DNA of 64,000 nucleotides from Spirochaetales bacterium (GTDB taxonomy: Bacteria > Spirochaetota > Spirochaetia > SZUA-6): the NCBI GenBank assembly GCA_027021365.1, contig JALUUM010000008.1:2804-66803 (forward strand), given 5' to 3'. The notes beneath the pieces are model-generated. The model did not search any database. It was not told the origin of the DNA and saw only the letters and a list, made by a program, of their open reading frames with translations. Shown piece by piece: positions 10,035 through 19,801 of the stretch. Numbering within the stretch: position 1 is the first letter of the stretch; every line of letters starts with the position of its first letter. A program made the position numbers and the translations under genes.

Positions 10035-10090
10035 GCCATTAATCCAATTCGAAAACGCTCTTTGCCAATCGGCTACGACTGGCAGTTTAC

Positions 10091-10249
10091 CTATTCCTCA
10101 TCCTGCTTGTTCAGGTATTTTTCCGGCTCCTTTTCAAAGGCCTTCATGCAGCCGGGAGCGCAGAAATAGTAGGTTACGCCGTTGTACTCGGTTTTGAACT
10201 TAGCCGTTTTTTCATCCACTTCCATCAGGCATACCGGATCTATCGCCAT
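10091..10249 (-). CDS. YHS domain metal-binding protein
   Basis: MAIDPVCLMEVDEKTAKFKTEYNGVTYYFCAPGCMKAFEKEPEKY; AGGAGG RBS before the ATG at 10249. Confidence 0.9.
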   Translation of the reverse strand: MAIDPVCLMEVDEKTAKFKTEYNGVTYYFCAPGCMKAFEKEPEKYLNKQDEE

Positions 10250-10327
10250 CTTAAAACCTCCTAAGAATATTATATCATTTATTATAATAATAAAACATTT
10301 ATAGTCAACCATAACTTTTGCTGATGT

Positions 10328-10349
10328 AATAATATTGACTATTATTATC
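10328..10349. promoter_or_regulatory. AT-rich palindrome, possible Fur-like box between the divergent YHS and FTR1 genes
   Basis: AATAATA-TTGAC-TATTATT(ATC), resembling the GATAAT hexamer array of Fur boxes. Confidence 0.3.
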
Positions 10350-10380
10350 ATATTTATTAAATTGCCCTTGAGGTTTGATT

Positions 10381-10491
10381 ATGAAGGATTTCTGCAAGCC
10401 AGGATCATCGGAACCAGGACCATCAATGACAGAATCATCAGCGCAAGACTCTTCAAGGCCAGGATCCCCAGAGCCAGGGGTTGAACTATGA
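10381..10491 (+). CDS. Putative 36-aa leader peptide built from a degenerate 15-nt repeat
   Basis: MKDFCKPGSSEPGPSMTESSAQDSSRPGSPEPGVEL*; GAGG upstream; stop overlaps the FTR1 start (ATGA). Confidence 0.3.
   Translation: MKDFCKPGSSEPGPSMTESSAQDSSRPGSPEPGVEL
10395..10484 (+). repeat. Six degenerate 15-nt tandem units
   Basis: caagccaggatcatc / ggaaccaggaccatc / aatgacagaatcatc / agcgcaagactcttc / aaggccaggatcccc / agagccaggggttga. Confidence 0.6.
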
Positions 10492-11333
10492 TAGAAGGTT
10501 TCATAATACTTTTCCGGGAAACACTGGAAGCTTCTCTTGTAATAGGAATAGTCATAGCAACTTTCAAACGCCAGGGGATAAAGGACTTTCACGGCACGGT
10601 CTATTCAGCCATTCTTCTTGCCATCCTTTCAAGCATAGCGGGAGCTTTCCTCTTTGACAGGCTGGCAGGCGGCTTTACAGGTAAGGGCGAACAGATATTC
10701 GAAGGCCTGGTAATGATAGTTAGCGCCGTGCTTTTGACAACGATGATAATCTGGATGCTGAAGAATAGCAATCAAGGTAGGGAACTCCGGAGAAAGCTCA
10801 ATGAAAGGATATCCTCCACCTACAAGCTCGGCGTGTTCTTTCTTGTTTTTACGGCTATCTTGAGAGAGGGAATCGAGGCAGTACTCTTTCTTTCCGCTGC
10901 AAATTTCGCAACCGGAAATAACAACCTCACGGGTGCCCTCCTTGGCATGGCTGCTGCAGTCGCCTTTTCCATACTGTTCCTAGCAGGAACATGGCGTCTC
11001 AATATAAGAGTATTCTTTACCGTTATCAATATTACCCTGATACTCTTTGCATCGGGCCTTTTCTCCAGCGGGATACACGAGCTCCAGGAAGCGGGCTGGA
11101 TTCCCGTACTCCGCGAAGATGTTTTCAATATAAATCCGCCCGTCCTGCCAGACGGAAGCTATCCACTCCTCCACGAGAAGGGATACATAGGCAGTATCGC
11201 CAAGGGCCTCTTTGGATACAACGGTAACCCCAGCCTGCTCGAACTTGCCGGGTACGCCTTCTACATAGTCTCAGCTTCATTTGCATGGCTAAAGATATCA
11301 AGAATCGAGAAAAAGAGACTTTCCGGTTCCTGA
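10488..11333 (+). CDS. FTR1/EfeU family iron permease
   Basis: Two RExxE motifs (FRETLEA, LREGIEA), multiple TM helices, GIHELQEAG. Confidence 0.92.
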   Translation: MIEGFIILFRETLEASLVIGIVIATFKRQGIKDFHGTVYSAILLAILSSIAGAFLFDRLAGGFTGKGEQIFEGLVMIVSAVLLTTMIIWMLKNSNQGRELRRKLNERISSTYKLGVFFLVFTAILREGIEAVLFLSAANFATGNNNLTGALLGMAAAVAFSILFLAGTWRLNIRVFFTVINITLILFASGLFSSGIHELQEAGWIPVLREDVFNINPPVLPDGSYPLLHEKGYIGSIAKGLFGYNGNPSLLELAGYAFYIVSASFAWLKISRIEKKRLSGS

Positions 11334-11339
11334 TTCGAA

Positions 11340-11480
11340 TGGCAGGATGGGAAGGCTCTCCCACATCCTATGTGAGTTACACGGGCGGCAAGTATCAACT
11401 TTTATGGAGACCGGATGGCGAGAATATCGAGATAGCAATCATGGTTGAATCCGGAGGATGGGCTGCAATAGGGTCCAGGC
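11340..11480 (+). pseudogene. DOMON-domain fragment
   Basis: YQLLWRPDGENIEIAIMVESGGWAAIG resembles the first DOMON strands; similarity is lost right after. Confidence 0.4.
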
Positions 11481-11823
11481 GAAGGATTCAGCTTCGGTTT
11501 TTGCCGAGTACAACAGGGACCTTGTAAGGCAGGTAATGAGAAACAATGCAATGCTGCCCGGAAAAATCAAGACTGCGGCAAAGAACAAGGATTTCTACGG
11601 TGCTGCTTTCGCACTAATAGACATGGCCCACGGTATGTACAAGATAAAAGATTTCACACCGCGTAAGGGTTATCCTTCCCGGTGGACAGATGCTATCGAA
11701 AGGTTCATCGATACCGCCCTCATGGGAATCGGTGCATGCGGTGAAAAAGACATCGATGGATTGAACAAGGCAATAGCCGGGCTCGTTGCCCTGAACAGGG
11801 AAGGCCACAGGACATTCAGATAA
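11458..11823 (+). CDS. Four-helix-bundle (cytochrome b562/c'-like) exported protein, probably N-terminally truncated
   Basis: All-helical, Met near the N-terminus (RQVMRNN), His near the C-terminus (REGHRTFR). SVFA|EY looks like the tail of a lost signal peptide. No CxxCH. Confidence 0.4.
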   Translation: MGCNRVQAKDSASVFAEYNRDLVRQVMRNNAMLPGKIKTAAKNKDFYGAAFALIDMAHGMYKIKDFTPRKGYPSRWTDAIERFIDTALMGIGACGEKDIDGLNKAIAGLVALNREGHRTFR

Positions 11824-11977
11824 ACCCGGAAATAGACTTAAAAAGACTTAAAGATAGAGGGACCGATCATGGCACATCTTACACGCCGGTGTCATAAATT
11901 GATTCCCTTTTTTGATAATTTTTTTTGTAATTTTTTTTGAAATTCCATATTTTTTATCTTGACTTAGCGCTATATTT

Positions 11978-12721
11978 TTGAACATACAGCATATCATGGA
12001 AAACAAGAAAAAGGATGGCATGATAACCTCAGCCCCCCTGGGATTCTTCACGGGCCACGTTCAGGGTATAGCCTTAACAGAATCCTACCTCTTCCTGACC
12101 GCTGTCGAGGAAGAGGAAAAAACCGGTTACCTATTCAAAGCGGACAAGAACACCTACCAGTTACTGGCACAGGTAAAGTTCAGGGTTGGAAATATCTACC
12201 ATCCGGGCGGCATATCTTACCACAACGGATACATCCTCCTCCCCCTCGCAGCATACAAGGCCCAGACGGTATCAATTATTTTCAAGATCGACCCCGAGAA
12301 CCTTCAGCCGGCGCAGGCCTTTATTGCCACTGACCACATTGGTGCGGTAACTTCCAACGGGGACTACATCTTTGGCATGAACTGGGATGCAAAGGATATC
12401 TATATCTGGGATTCCCGGGGAAAACTCCTTAAGAAGATAAGGAACAGAAGGCATACCGCCTACCAGGACATAGAGTACCACAACGGGAAACTGTACTGTT
12501 CCGGAATAAGGAGGGGAACTTCCAAGCATGGCAAGATCGATGTTTACAGGTTCCACAAGGAGAACCTGGAACTGTCGCTGGAAAAGAGCATCGCCATGCC
12601 GGAAATAAACGATAAGCACAGTATCGCCAAGGAGGGAATGACACTTCAGAATGGTTACCTCTACTTCGTTCCGGAGGATTTCCCGAGCACACGCCTTTAC
12701 AGGGTCAAGATAGAGGAGTAG
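11978..12721 (+). CDS. DUF6454-like beta-propeller protein
   Basis: HVQGI, YHPGGI, DHIGAV, GMNWDA, AYQDI repeating blade motifs. Confidence 0.55.
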   Translation: MNIQHIMENKKKDGMITSAPLGFFTGHVQGIALTESYLFLTAVEEEEKTGYLFKADKNTYQLLAQVKFRVGNIYHPGGISYHNGYILLPLAAYKAQTVSIIFKIDPENLQPAQAFIATDHIGAVTSNGDYIFGMNWDAKDIYIWDSRGKLLKKIRNRRHTAYQDIEYHNGKLYCSGIRRGTSKHGKIDVYRFHKENLELSLEKSIAMPEINDKHSIAKEGMTLQNGYLYFVPEDFPSTRLYRVKIEE

Positions 12722-12764
12722 TGTTTTTAAGGGATTCAAGAGAGTATAGGCGAGCCCGGAGATT

Positions 12765-12798
12765 TAACAAAGTATCTAAAATAACAAAGTATCTAAAA
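12765..12798 (+). repeat. Perfect 17-bp tandem direct repeat upstream of the oxidoreductase
   Basis: TAACAAAGTATCTAAAA occurs twice in tandem. Confidence 0.8.
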
Positions 12799-12811
12799 GG
12801 GGGCAAAAATC

Positions 12812-13960
12812 GTGAACAGAAAACTAAGGATGGGTATGGTAGGCGGCGGGCCCGGCGGCTTTATAGGCGAAATTCACAGGAAGGCTGCAAACTTAACAGG
12901 TGAAATCGAGCTTGTCTGCGGGGCATTTTCTTCCAGTCCCCAAAAATCGCAGGAAATGGGGAAACTCCTTTTCCTCGACCCGAAGAGGGTTTACGCTTCA
13001 TACGAGGAAATGATAAAAACGGAATCCACCCTCCCCCGGGGGGAAAGAATGGATTTCGTAAGCATCGTCACCCCAAACTACCTGCACTACCCCGTTGCAA
13101 AGCTTGCCCTGGAGCATGGTTTTCCCGTTGTAAGCGATAAACCGCTTACAATTAAATACAACGAGGCAAAGGAACTAAAGGAACTTGCAGAGGCCAAAGC
13201 CCTTCCCTTTGCCGTGACCTATGTCTATTCGGGCTACCCCATGGCAAGAGAGGCAAGAAAAAGGATCCTCCGTGGTGATCTTGGAAAGATTAAAAGGATT
13301 ATTGTTTCATACGTTCAGGGTGGCCTTGCAAGACCGCGCAAGAGAAAAATCTGGCGTCTGGAACCGGAGAAGGGTGGCATTGCAGGTTCAATCGGTGACA
13401 TCGGAACACATGCAGAGCATATCGCAAGGTACTTTACCGGCCTCAAGATAGGGGAGCTCTATGCCGACCTCCGGATTTCGGCAAAGGGCAGAAAGATATA
13501 TGACGACGGCGACATACTCGTCCACTTCGAAAACGGGGTAATGGGTGTTATTACATTAAGCCAGATAGCAAGCGGCGAAGAGAACAACCTTACAATTTCC
13601 GTCTACGGCGAGAAGGGCGGACTGATATGGAAGCAACAGGAACCAAATAGCCTGATAGTTAAGTGGAACAATGCCCCCACACAAATCATAAGAACGGGTA
13701 GAAACGCCCCCGAGCTCGAAAGGGAGGCTCTTAAGGCAGCATTCCTCCCGATGGGACACCCAGAGGGTTTCATAGAGGCATTTACAAATATATACAGGGG
13801 TTTTGCATGCAGGCTCAAAAAGATAATCTTTAAAGAGAATATCGATTGCAATGAACTCGATTATCCCGACATCCAAGATGGCGTCCTCGGTATGGCCTTT
13901 GTGGAAGCTGCACTAAAAAGCTCGGAGGAACATAGGTGGGTATCGCCGGGGGAGTTATAA
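12812..13960 (+). CDS. Gfo/Idh/MocA family oxidoreductase
   Basis: GMVGGGPGGFIG, TPNYLH, SDKP, GDIGTH, GHPEGFIEAF. Confidence 0.92.
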   Translation: MNRKLRMGMVGGGPGGFIGEIHRKAANLTGEIELVCGAFSSSPQKSQEMGKLLFLDPKRVYASYEEMIKTESTLPRGERMDFVSIVTPNYLHYPVAKLALEHGFPVVSDKPLTIKYNEAKELKELAEAKALPFAVTYVYSGYPMAREARKRILRGDLGKIKRIIVSYVQGGLARPRKRKIWRLEPEKGGIAGSIGDIGTHAEHIARYFTGLKIGELYADLRISAKGRKIYDDGDILVHFENGVMGVITLSQIASGEENNLTISVYGEKGGLIWKQQEPNSLIVKWNNAPTQIIRTGRNAPELEREALKAAFLPMGHPEGFIEAFTNIYRGFACRLKKIIFKENIDCNELDYPDIQDGVLGMAFVEAALKSSEEHRWVSPGEL

Positions 13961-14031
13961 AGCAGGAAGTTATAAAGCTCAAATTCAAGGCCCAATTCTA
14001 AGACCCCACAGGCCCCTTAAACAGGTTTTTC

Positions 14032-16368
14032 TTAAGCCTTAAAGTCCACTGCCGGCGGTGGGAGCATCGTTACCCCTCCCCTCCCTTTGAATGCCTTAAG
14101 CACCTCGTCCTTTGCAGACAGGTAAAGTATCTGCCAGCCAGAGCCTGCCAGGTCGAAGAGCATACCCATCTGCCTTTCAAACCTCTTCCTGTCGGACTTC
14201 AAAAAAGGATCATCCAGTATGAAGAATCCCTTCTCCTCCCCGAAAAGGCTCTCTGCAAATGCCAGGCGTATCGCAAAGTAAAGCTGATCGTAGGCACCAC
14301 CCGAAAGCTGCCCTGGCTCGAGCTTCACCCCGTCCCGCCTCCAGACACGTATCTTCTGATCCTCCCTTCCCGCATCGTAATCGACTTCCCTGTAAAGCCC
14401 GCCCGAGATGCCGGCAAAAAACCTGCTAACGGCACTCTCCCTTCCGAATAGCTTCCTTATCTTGTCCTCGTCCTCCCTCGCAATATCTTCCAACAGGTTG
14501 ATACTTTCCACCGCCGCCTTCCTCCTCCTGATGGCAGCAGAGCGGAAGTCTGCAACCGCTTCCCTTGCATGAACCAGATCTTCAAGTGCCTCAACCGCAA
14601 ATTGCTTACTGTCGAGCAGAATTTCATTAGCCCTCCTGTCGAAATAATTCAACCTGCCACTGTAACCTTTAAGCTCTCTCTCCGTCTCCTCTATCTCTCT
14701 CTCTGTCTCCGAAAGCTTCCTCTTGGCTTCCTCGAAGGTCGACTCGGAAAACCTTATGCCGGTTTCACTTTCATCCTCCCCTTCGGTTTCTTTCTCTATG
14801 GCCTTTCTAATTGCAGTAAGCCTTTCCTCCCAGGTTGAAAGGGCTTCATCCGTGGTGGCCCCGCCGGTACCAAGCTCCGTTTCCAGGGTGCGGCGATAGC
14901 TCCTCACCTCAGCCTCCAGGCCTCTCTTTTCTTTAAGCCTCTCTTCGTAGTCCTCTATGCTCCCAACCCCTCTCTCCTTAAGGACTGCCTCTATCATCCT
15001 CATATCCCTCCGGATACTCTCCTCGAGCCCGGATATCTCCTCCTCCATATTTTTAAGCCGGTAACTTTCACCTGTTATCCTTTTTTCAAGGCCATCCCTG
15101 AACTCACCCTGTTTCTTCACTTCACTTTCGAAGCTATCTATAACAGACTGAAGCTTGTTCACATCACTCACTATAAAACCAAGCTCGGCTGCGGCATTCA
15201 AAAGAGCTGCCTCAGATTTCTTTAACCGGGAACGGGGAAAGGCTACCCAAAACAAATACACCAGTAACGAGGCAACGGCAAGGACAGCAAAGCCCACCGC
15301 CAGAAGCGTAAGTGCCGACACAAACTGGAACAGGGCTCCGAGGCCGGTAAATATCAATATGGAGATCATTAGAATCCCGGAGAGTGTCTCACCGACGCTC
15401 TTTCTCTCTACCAGTCCGTGGTACTTTCTTACAGGCTCTTTCAGGTTATCCTCGACCTTTTTGAGTTTATCCTCCGATACCTTCAGTTCGACATTCCTGC
15501 TTTCAAGGTCAGAGCGGTATTTCTCTATCCGTTCCGACTGCATGGCCTTCGTGGACTTTAGGCTTGCTATTCGAGCCTTCGACTCATCTATCCTTTCAAC
15601 CGCCCTTTTAAGCTTGTTCAACTCGTCGTCATTGTAAGATTTAAGTTCCTCCAACCTTGAACTATCAGATTTCAGTTTCAGCAGGGCATCCATGTTTTTC
15701 CGGTAGTGTTCCCTCTTTCTTGCCTCCTCCAAAAGTATTATCTGCCGGGAGAAGTTGTCCCTTTCCTCCCTTAAGGCGACGAGTTTTTCTTCGAGCCTGT
15801 CATAACCCTTGCTTCTCGCTTCACCTATGAAATCCTCCGCTTCTTTCAGAAACTCTTCGGCCTTCTCGAACCTCTTCCTTAAGTATGCGGTATCCTCGGT
15901 ATTCTGGAAATCACCTTTCGGGGTAATCTTTCCTATTACCCTGATATTCTTGACTATCTCGTCTATCCTCTGCCTGTTCAGCCCGGTAAGCCTCTCGCTT
16001 ATGCTCCTGTAGAACATGGCCTCCTCGGGAATCACCAGGTCACTGTTGGTTATTACGAAGAGGTCCCTGAACATCTCAGGGCTCACATCGATATGGTCGG
16101 TAATGCTTCCCGAAGAGGGGAAAACGAGCAGTTCTCCGTTCCTCTCCACCGTTATCCTACCAACGGGATTCTCCTCCACCCTCTGCAGTTCTCTCCAGTT
16201 CTTCAGCCTCTTGAACTTCTTTCCCAGAAGCAGTTTCAGTATAGCCTCTATTGTAAGAGTCTTTCCGTCCTCATTCTCTCCCCACAGGAGGGATATGTTT
16301 CCCGGCTTCAAGGGCTCCCCGTAGGAGATCGGGCCGTAGCTGTTTATCAGTATTTCCCTAAGCTTCAT
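14032..16368 (-). CDS. YhaN-like Rad50/SbcC-family ATPase with a central transmembrane hairpin
   Basis: Walker A GENEDGKT, long coiled coils, LSGG signature, Walker B ILDDPF, hydrophobic segment at about aa 328-376. Confidence 0.85.
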   Translation of the reverse strand: MKLREILINSYGPISYGEPLKPGNISLLWGENEDGKTLTIEAILKLLLGKKFKRLKNWRELQRVEENPVGRITVERNGELLVFPSSGSITDHIDVSPEMFRDLFVITNSDLVIPEEAMFYRSISERLTGLNRQRIDEIVKNIRVIGKITPKGDFQNTEDTAYLRKRFEKAEEFLKEAEDFIGEARSKGYDRLEEKLVALREERDNFSRQIILLEEARKREHYRKNMDALLKLKSDSSRLEELKSYNDDELNKLKRAVERIDESKARIASLKSTKAMQSERIEKYRSDLESRNVELKVSEDKLKKVEDNLKEPVRKYHGLVERKSVGETLSGILMISILIFTGLGALFQFVSALTLLAVGFAVLAVASLLVYLFWVAFPRSRLKKSEAALLNAAAELGFIVSDVNKLQSVIDSFESEVKKQGEFRDGLEKRITGESYRLKNMEEEISGLEESIRRDMRMIEAVLKERGVGSIEDYEERLKEKRGLEAEVRSYRRTLETELGTGGATTDEALSTWEERLTAIRKAIEKETEGEDESETGIRFSESTFEEAKRKLSETEREIEETERELKGYSGRLNYFDRRANEILLDSKQFAVEALEDLVHAREAVADFRSAAIRRRKAAVESINLLEDIAREDEDKIRKLFGRESAVSRFFAGISGGLYREVDYDAGREDQKIRVWRRDGVKLEPGQLSGGAYDQLYFAIRLAFAESLFGEEKGFFILDDPFLKSDRKRFERQMGMLFDLAGSGWQILYLSAKDEVLKAFKGRGGVTMLPPPAVDFKA

Positions 16369-17543
16369 CTTGTCACCCTCATAATTGCCCTCATAAGGAT
16401 ACGCTGCATAAGGAACCTTGTATCATCATCGACCTGCATCGCTTTCAACTTTTTCATAAAGCGGACATAGATTTCATCGGAGAGGATCTTTCCAACATCG
16501 TGAAACTCGAGAGCGGGAACCTCCATTTCAGGAATTTCAAGGGCCCTGCCCAGCTTCTCTATCTCTTTTGCAAGCCTCTCCTCGGAGACCTTCCACCTCT
16601 CCCCGTCGAAATAGCCTCCTACTCGTAGAAGCAGAGAGGCGCCTTTCGGTGCCGCTTTCAGTGCCGCTTCAACCCTGGCTACCGGCGACTGCCTGTCGAA
16701 GGGTGAAAGCTCCACATCTACCTCCTCGTAGTGGAAAGTATCAAGTTCAAGTTCTTTGGGCTCCCCACCCGGCTCCAGGACATTCACCTTGCGTATTCCT
16801 GTCTCCTTGCTGGTAATCGATACAGGGGAACCCGGGTAAACGAAAAAGCCTGTGCTGGTTTTCCCGGCTTCAGTGCTTTTGCGGCTCTCCCCACCGGCAC
16901 CGGAGCCTCCGCTCTGGCGAACCTGTTTGCCCCCTCTTTTTTCCCACCCGAAGGTGCTCACTGAAAAATTCGTATGGAAGTGGCCTGCAAGTATGTAGCG
17001 CCAGGGAAGTTTCTCGAAGTAGGAGAGTTTCACGGGGTGGTACCTCTTCTGACCTTCGTCCCCGTAACTTGTCCAGTCACCGGAAACATCTAACAGCTCC
17101 CCGTGAAAGAGGAGAATAGAGTTTTCACCCATCCCGACTCCCTGCGAAAGGGATTTCAGCGTCGCAAGGGTATCTTCCTTCTGCATCCCGGAAAAGGGAA
17201 GGCCCCAAACTTCGGGAAAGCCTTCGGCCTTAAAGGGTTCACCCGGGTTCCTTATTACATGCACATTGGCTCCGAAATAGGCCCCCTTAGGGAAAGCTTC
17301 CGCATCGTGGTTACCGGGAATAATTACCACCCTCCCTTTGAATCTCTCGAAGAGAGCCCTTATCTCGTTACGAAGTTCCTCCGCTGCCCTAAGAGAATCA
17401 AAGAGGTCACCGCTTATCGTAATCATCCCGGCCCCGGTTTCATTGGCCTTTTCTATAACCCTTTCCAGGGCCTTCCACCTGTATGAGTGAAACCTATTCT
17501 TCTTTTCGGTTAAGTGGATATCTGCCGTATGGATTATTTTCAT
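16365..17543 (-). CDS. YhaO-like Mre11/SbcD metallophosphoesterase (nuclease)
   Basis: HTADIHL, GDLFD, PGNHD, FHG, GHFH, YPGSP; ATGA overlap with the ATPase. Confidence 0.9.
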   Translation of the reverse strand: MKIIHTADIHLTEKKNRFHSYRWKALERVIEKANETGAGMITISGDLFDSLRAAEELRNEIRALFERFKGRVVIIPGNHDAEAFPKGAYFGANVHVIRNPGEPFKAEGFPEVWGLPFSGMQKEDTLATLKSLSQGVGMGENSILLFHGELLDVSGDWTSYGDEGQKRYHPVKLSYFEKLPWRYILAGHFHTNFSVSTFGWEKRGGKQVRQSGGSGAGGESRKSTEAGKTSTGFFVYPGSPVSITSKETGIRKVNVLEPGGEPKELELDTFHYEEVDVELSPFDRQSPVARVEAALKAAPKGASLLLRVGGYFDGERWKVSEERLAKEIEKLGRALEIPEMEVPALEFHDVGKILSDEIYVRFMKKLKAMQVDDDTRFLMQRILMRAIMRVTR

Positions 17544-17685
17544 GCCAGTATTCTACAGTAGATCAATTGTAAAAAAAAGTATATCAAAGTCAATAAATTA
17601 CAACGGCACTAGATTATCATTAATGGTTTATTCACCTATCATTAAGTAACCATTCAAATAGTACACCTGAATATCATTGCTTCTT

Positions 17686-19800
17686 CTATCGTTCCACAAG
17701 AACCTTTAATGATCGCCTTTTGACTGTGAGACTGCCAGAACATATCTTAACAGAATCGTTCTCTATATCATACATATCAAAATTATGAATGCCATTATCG
17801 AGCAAGAGTCTTACATCTAAATCATTTTCGTGATCCTGATTTGCAATCACAACGGCCCGTTTATTATTTTTTCTGTTTTCGAATACAGAATAGAGGCAGG
17901 CGGAATTTTTACCATCGTACGATAACTCTACACCAATGGTATCCTTAAAGATACCATCCCATATATAATCCCAAAGCCTTCTCCTGAGTCTTTGTGCTTT
18001 CATACCATAAGCAACAGTATCAGGAAAATCGGAAAGCTTGCCTTTAAAGTTATAGGGTTCATAGTTTATTATGTAGCCGTTAACCAAGCATTGGTTTATC
18101 ATTTCACGGTCATCCCATCCCGTTATACAAGTAGCAAATCTCATTTGGGGATTCAGGTACTTCCAGGCTGCTATATAATTCTCTTCATTCAGACCACCCC
18201 ATTCTCCGTTCCACGTACGAACATAACTAACAAGATAATACTGGGATAAATGATCATTAGGTCCTTCGCCGGCCAGTAAGAAATCTTTTCGTGTATCCAG
18301 AGCTGTCTCGTAAAATTCCTTCGCCAGCATTAAAGAACCCTTAAAATTACTTTCCCCCCATTTGTGGTCATGAGAAGTATCAAAACATAGAAGCATGTTG
18401 CTTGCAAGTTCATCATACAGAATACCACTGGAACCAAGTTCTAGAATCTTTTTAAACTCTCTTAGAGCAATTTTTCTGTATTCTTCGGAGAGATGGCACA
18501 ACCCGGCACCGGTTCTTCTACTTCCACCTGTCAATTGTTGTGTCATTGTTTCATATGCATAACCTTCGAATTGAACATAATTCCCATACATATCTCTTAA
18601 AGTACATGAAAGCAGTTCTTCTTTGAATTCCGGGATAGATATATCTGCCCATTTAAATTTACACATCAAGAGAATCCTTACGCCCATGGATTCTGCTTTC
18701 CTTATTGCTTCTTTTAATTCTTCTCGTGTTCCGAGTCTCGGATCGATATCCTGATACGGTTCTGCACCGTCCTGTCCGTCACGAGCCCATCCTATGAGCT
18801 GAATTGCACCCACACCTTTGTCTCTTGCTTCTCCTGCTATTTCTACAAGATCGGTGTATCGGTACCTACAATCTCCTTCAGGGGTATTCATTTGTAAGGT
18901 AAACCAGCAGTCTATCTCCTTAAGCCACTCAGGTTCTGGCTTAGAGAAGAACCATGTCTTCCGCCATTTTTTATACTGCTCGACACCATTATGCCATGTT
19001 CCCTTAAACAGATTAATTACAATAGGTGCCAGTTTAATAGTTTTTCCCGGCTCTATAAAGGGAAGTCTCACGGCACTTACAACATAACCTATCGGCTTAC
19101 CGCCAATTGTATCGGCTGATGGCACGCGTTTATTCTTGCTATCGAGGTAGCCAGGCTTAAGCTCATGTACAAAGTTTACAATATTTAACTCTTTATCATG
19201 CATGCCCAGATATAGGCCTTGAGTATTGTTGGCTAACAGAATAAAAGAAGTTTGTGCTTCTACATCCGGGAATGTTTTTATAAAGGTTGGGTGTATTGTT
19301 CCATAGTAACCACTCTTCTGGGGAAAACCATCCCCGAGGATTTCTTTGCTCAAGCCGCCACACATATTCACGGACAACGATTCCAGGCATTTTTCTTCTG
19401 CGGGTTCCCGAATTCCGCCGAGGCATGGATTCCATACTTCCTCTATAATGTAAGGCGACCTGTTATCTATGGTCATAATAAAACTTATAGATATTCCGTC
19501 TAACTCGACTAACAGAAAAACAGAAATATCCAGATCCCCGGAATGATTAGCAGTAATCTTATCCCAATAGAGGCCGGCCATAGTTTCTGTTTTTTTATCA
19601 AATGCAGAAAGCTTCTGTATTTTGCTACTCGCCCTGTTATTTCTGTGATCCTTGATCGGCACAAGGAGCTGAATACCCATTGCCAGTCCTGGTTGCCTTA
19701 TTACCTGCCACCCTGTCTCTTTATTTAACAACCCGATAATAGCACCATTCTCTCTATTAAAGGTTATCTTGATTCTTTTATTCTCAAGAAAAAGGTTCAC
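17686..19800 (-). CDS. DUF6259-like putative glycoside hydrolase (TIM barrel)
   Basis: GW..DG..P.QDIDPRLGT, GILYDE, AGEG motifs; located in a sugar cluster. Confidence 0.6.
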   Translation of the reverse strand: MNLFLENKRIKITFNRENGAIIGLLNKETGWQVIRQPGLAMGIQLLVPIKDHRNNRASSKIQKLSAFDKKTETMAGLYWDKITANHSGDLDISVFLLVELDGISISFIMTIDNRSPYIIEEVWNPCLGGIREPAEEKCLESLSVNMCGGLSKEILGDGFPQKSGYYGTIHPTFIKTFPDVEAQTSFILLANNTQGLYLGMHDKELNIVNFVHELKPGYLDSKNKRVPSADTIGGKPIGYVVSAVRLPFIEPGKTIKLAPIVINLFKGTWHNGVEQYKKWRKTWFFSKPEPEWLKEIDCWFTLQMNTPEGDCRYRYTDLVEIAGEARDKGVGAIQLIGWARDGQDGAEPYQDIDPRLGTREELKEAIRKAESMGVRILLMCKFKWADISIPEFKEELLSCTLRDMYGNYVQFEGYAYETMTQQLTGGSRRTGAGLCHLSEEYRKIALREFKKILELGSSGILYDELASNMLLCFDTSHDHKWGESNFKGSLMLAKEFYETALDTRKDFLLAGEGPNDHLSQYYLVSYVRTWNGEWGGLNEENYIAAWKYLNPQMRFATCITGWDDREMINQCLVNGYIINYEPYNFKGKLSDFPDTVAYGMKAQRLRRRLWDYIWDGIFKDTIGVELSYDGKNSACLYSVFENRKNNKRAVVIANQDHENDLDVRLLLDNGIHNFDMYDIENDSVKICSGSLTVKRRSLKVLVER

Positions 19801-19801
19801 C

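Noticed and set aside
10395-10484. CRISPR-like array
   Set aside because: Units are 15 nt, degenerate, have no spacers, and no cas genes are nearby.
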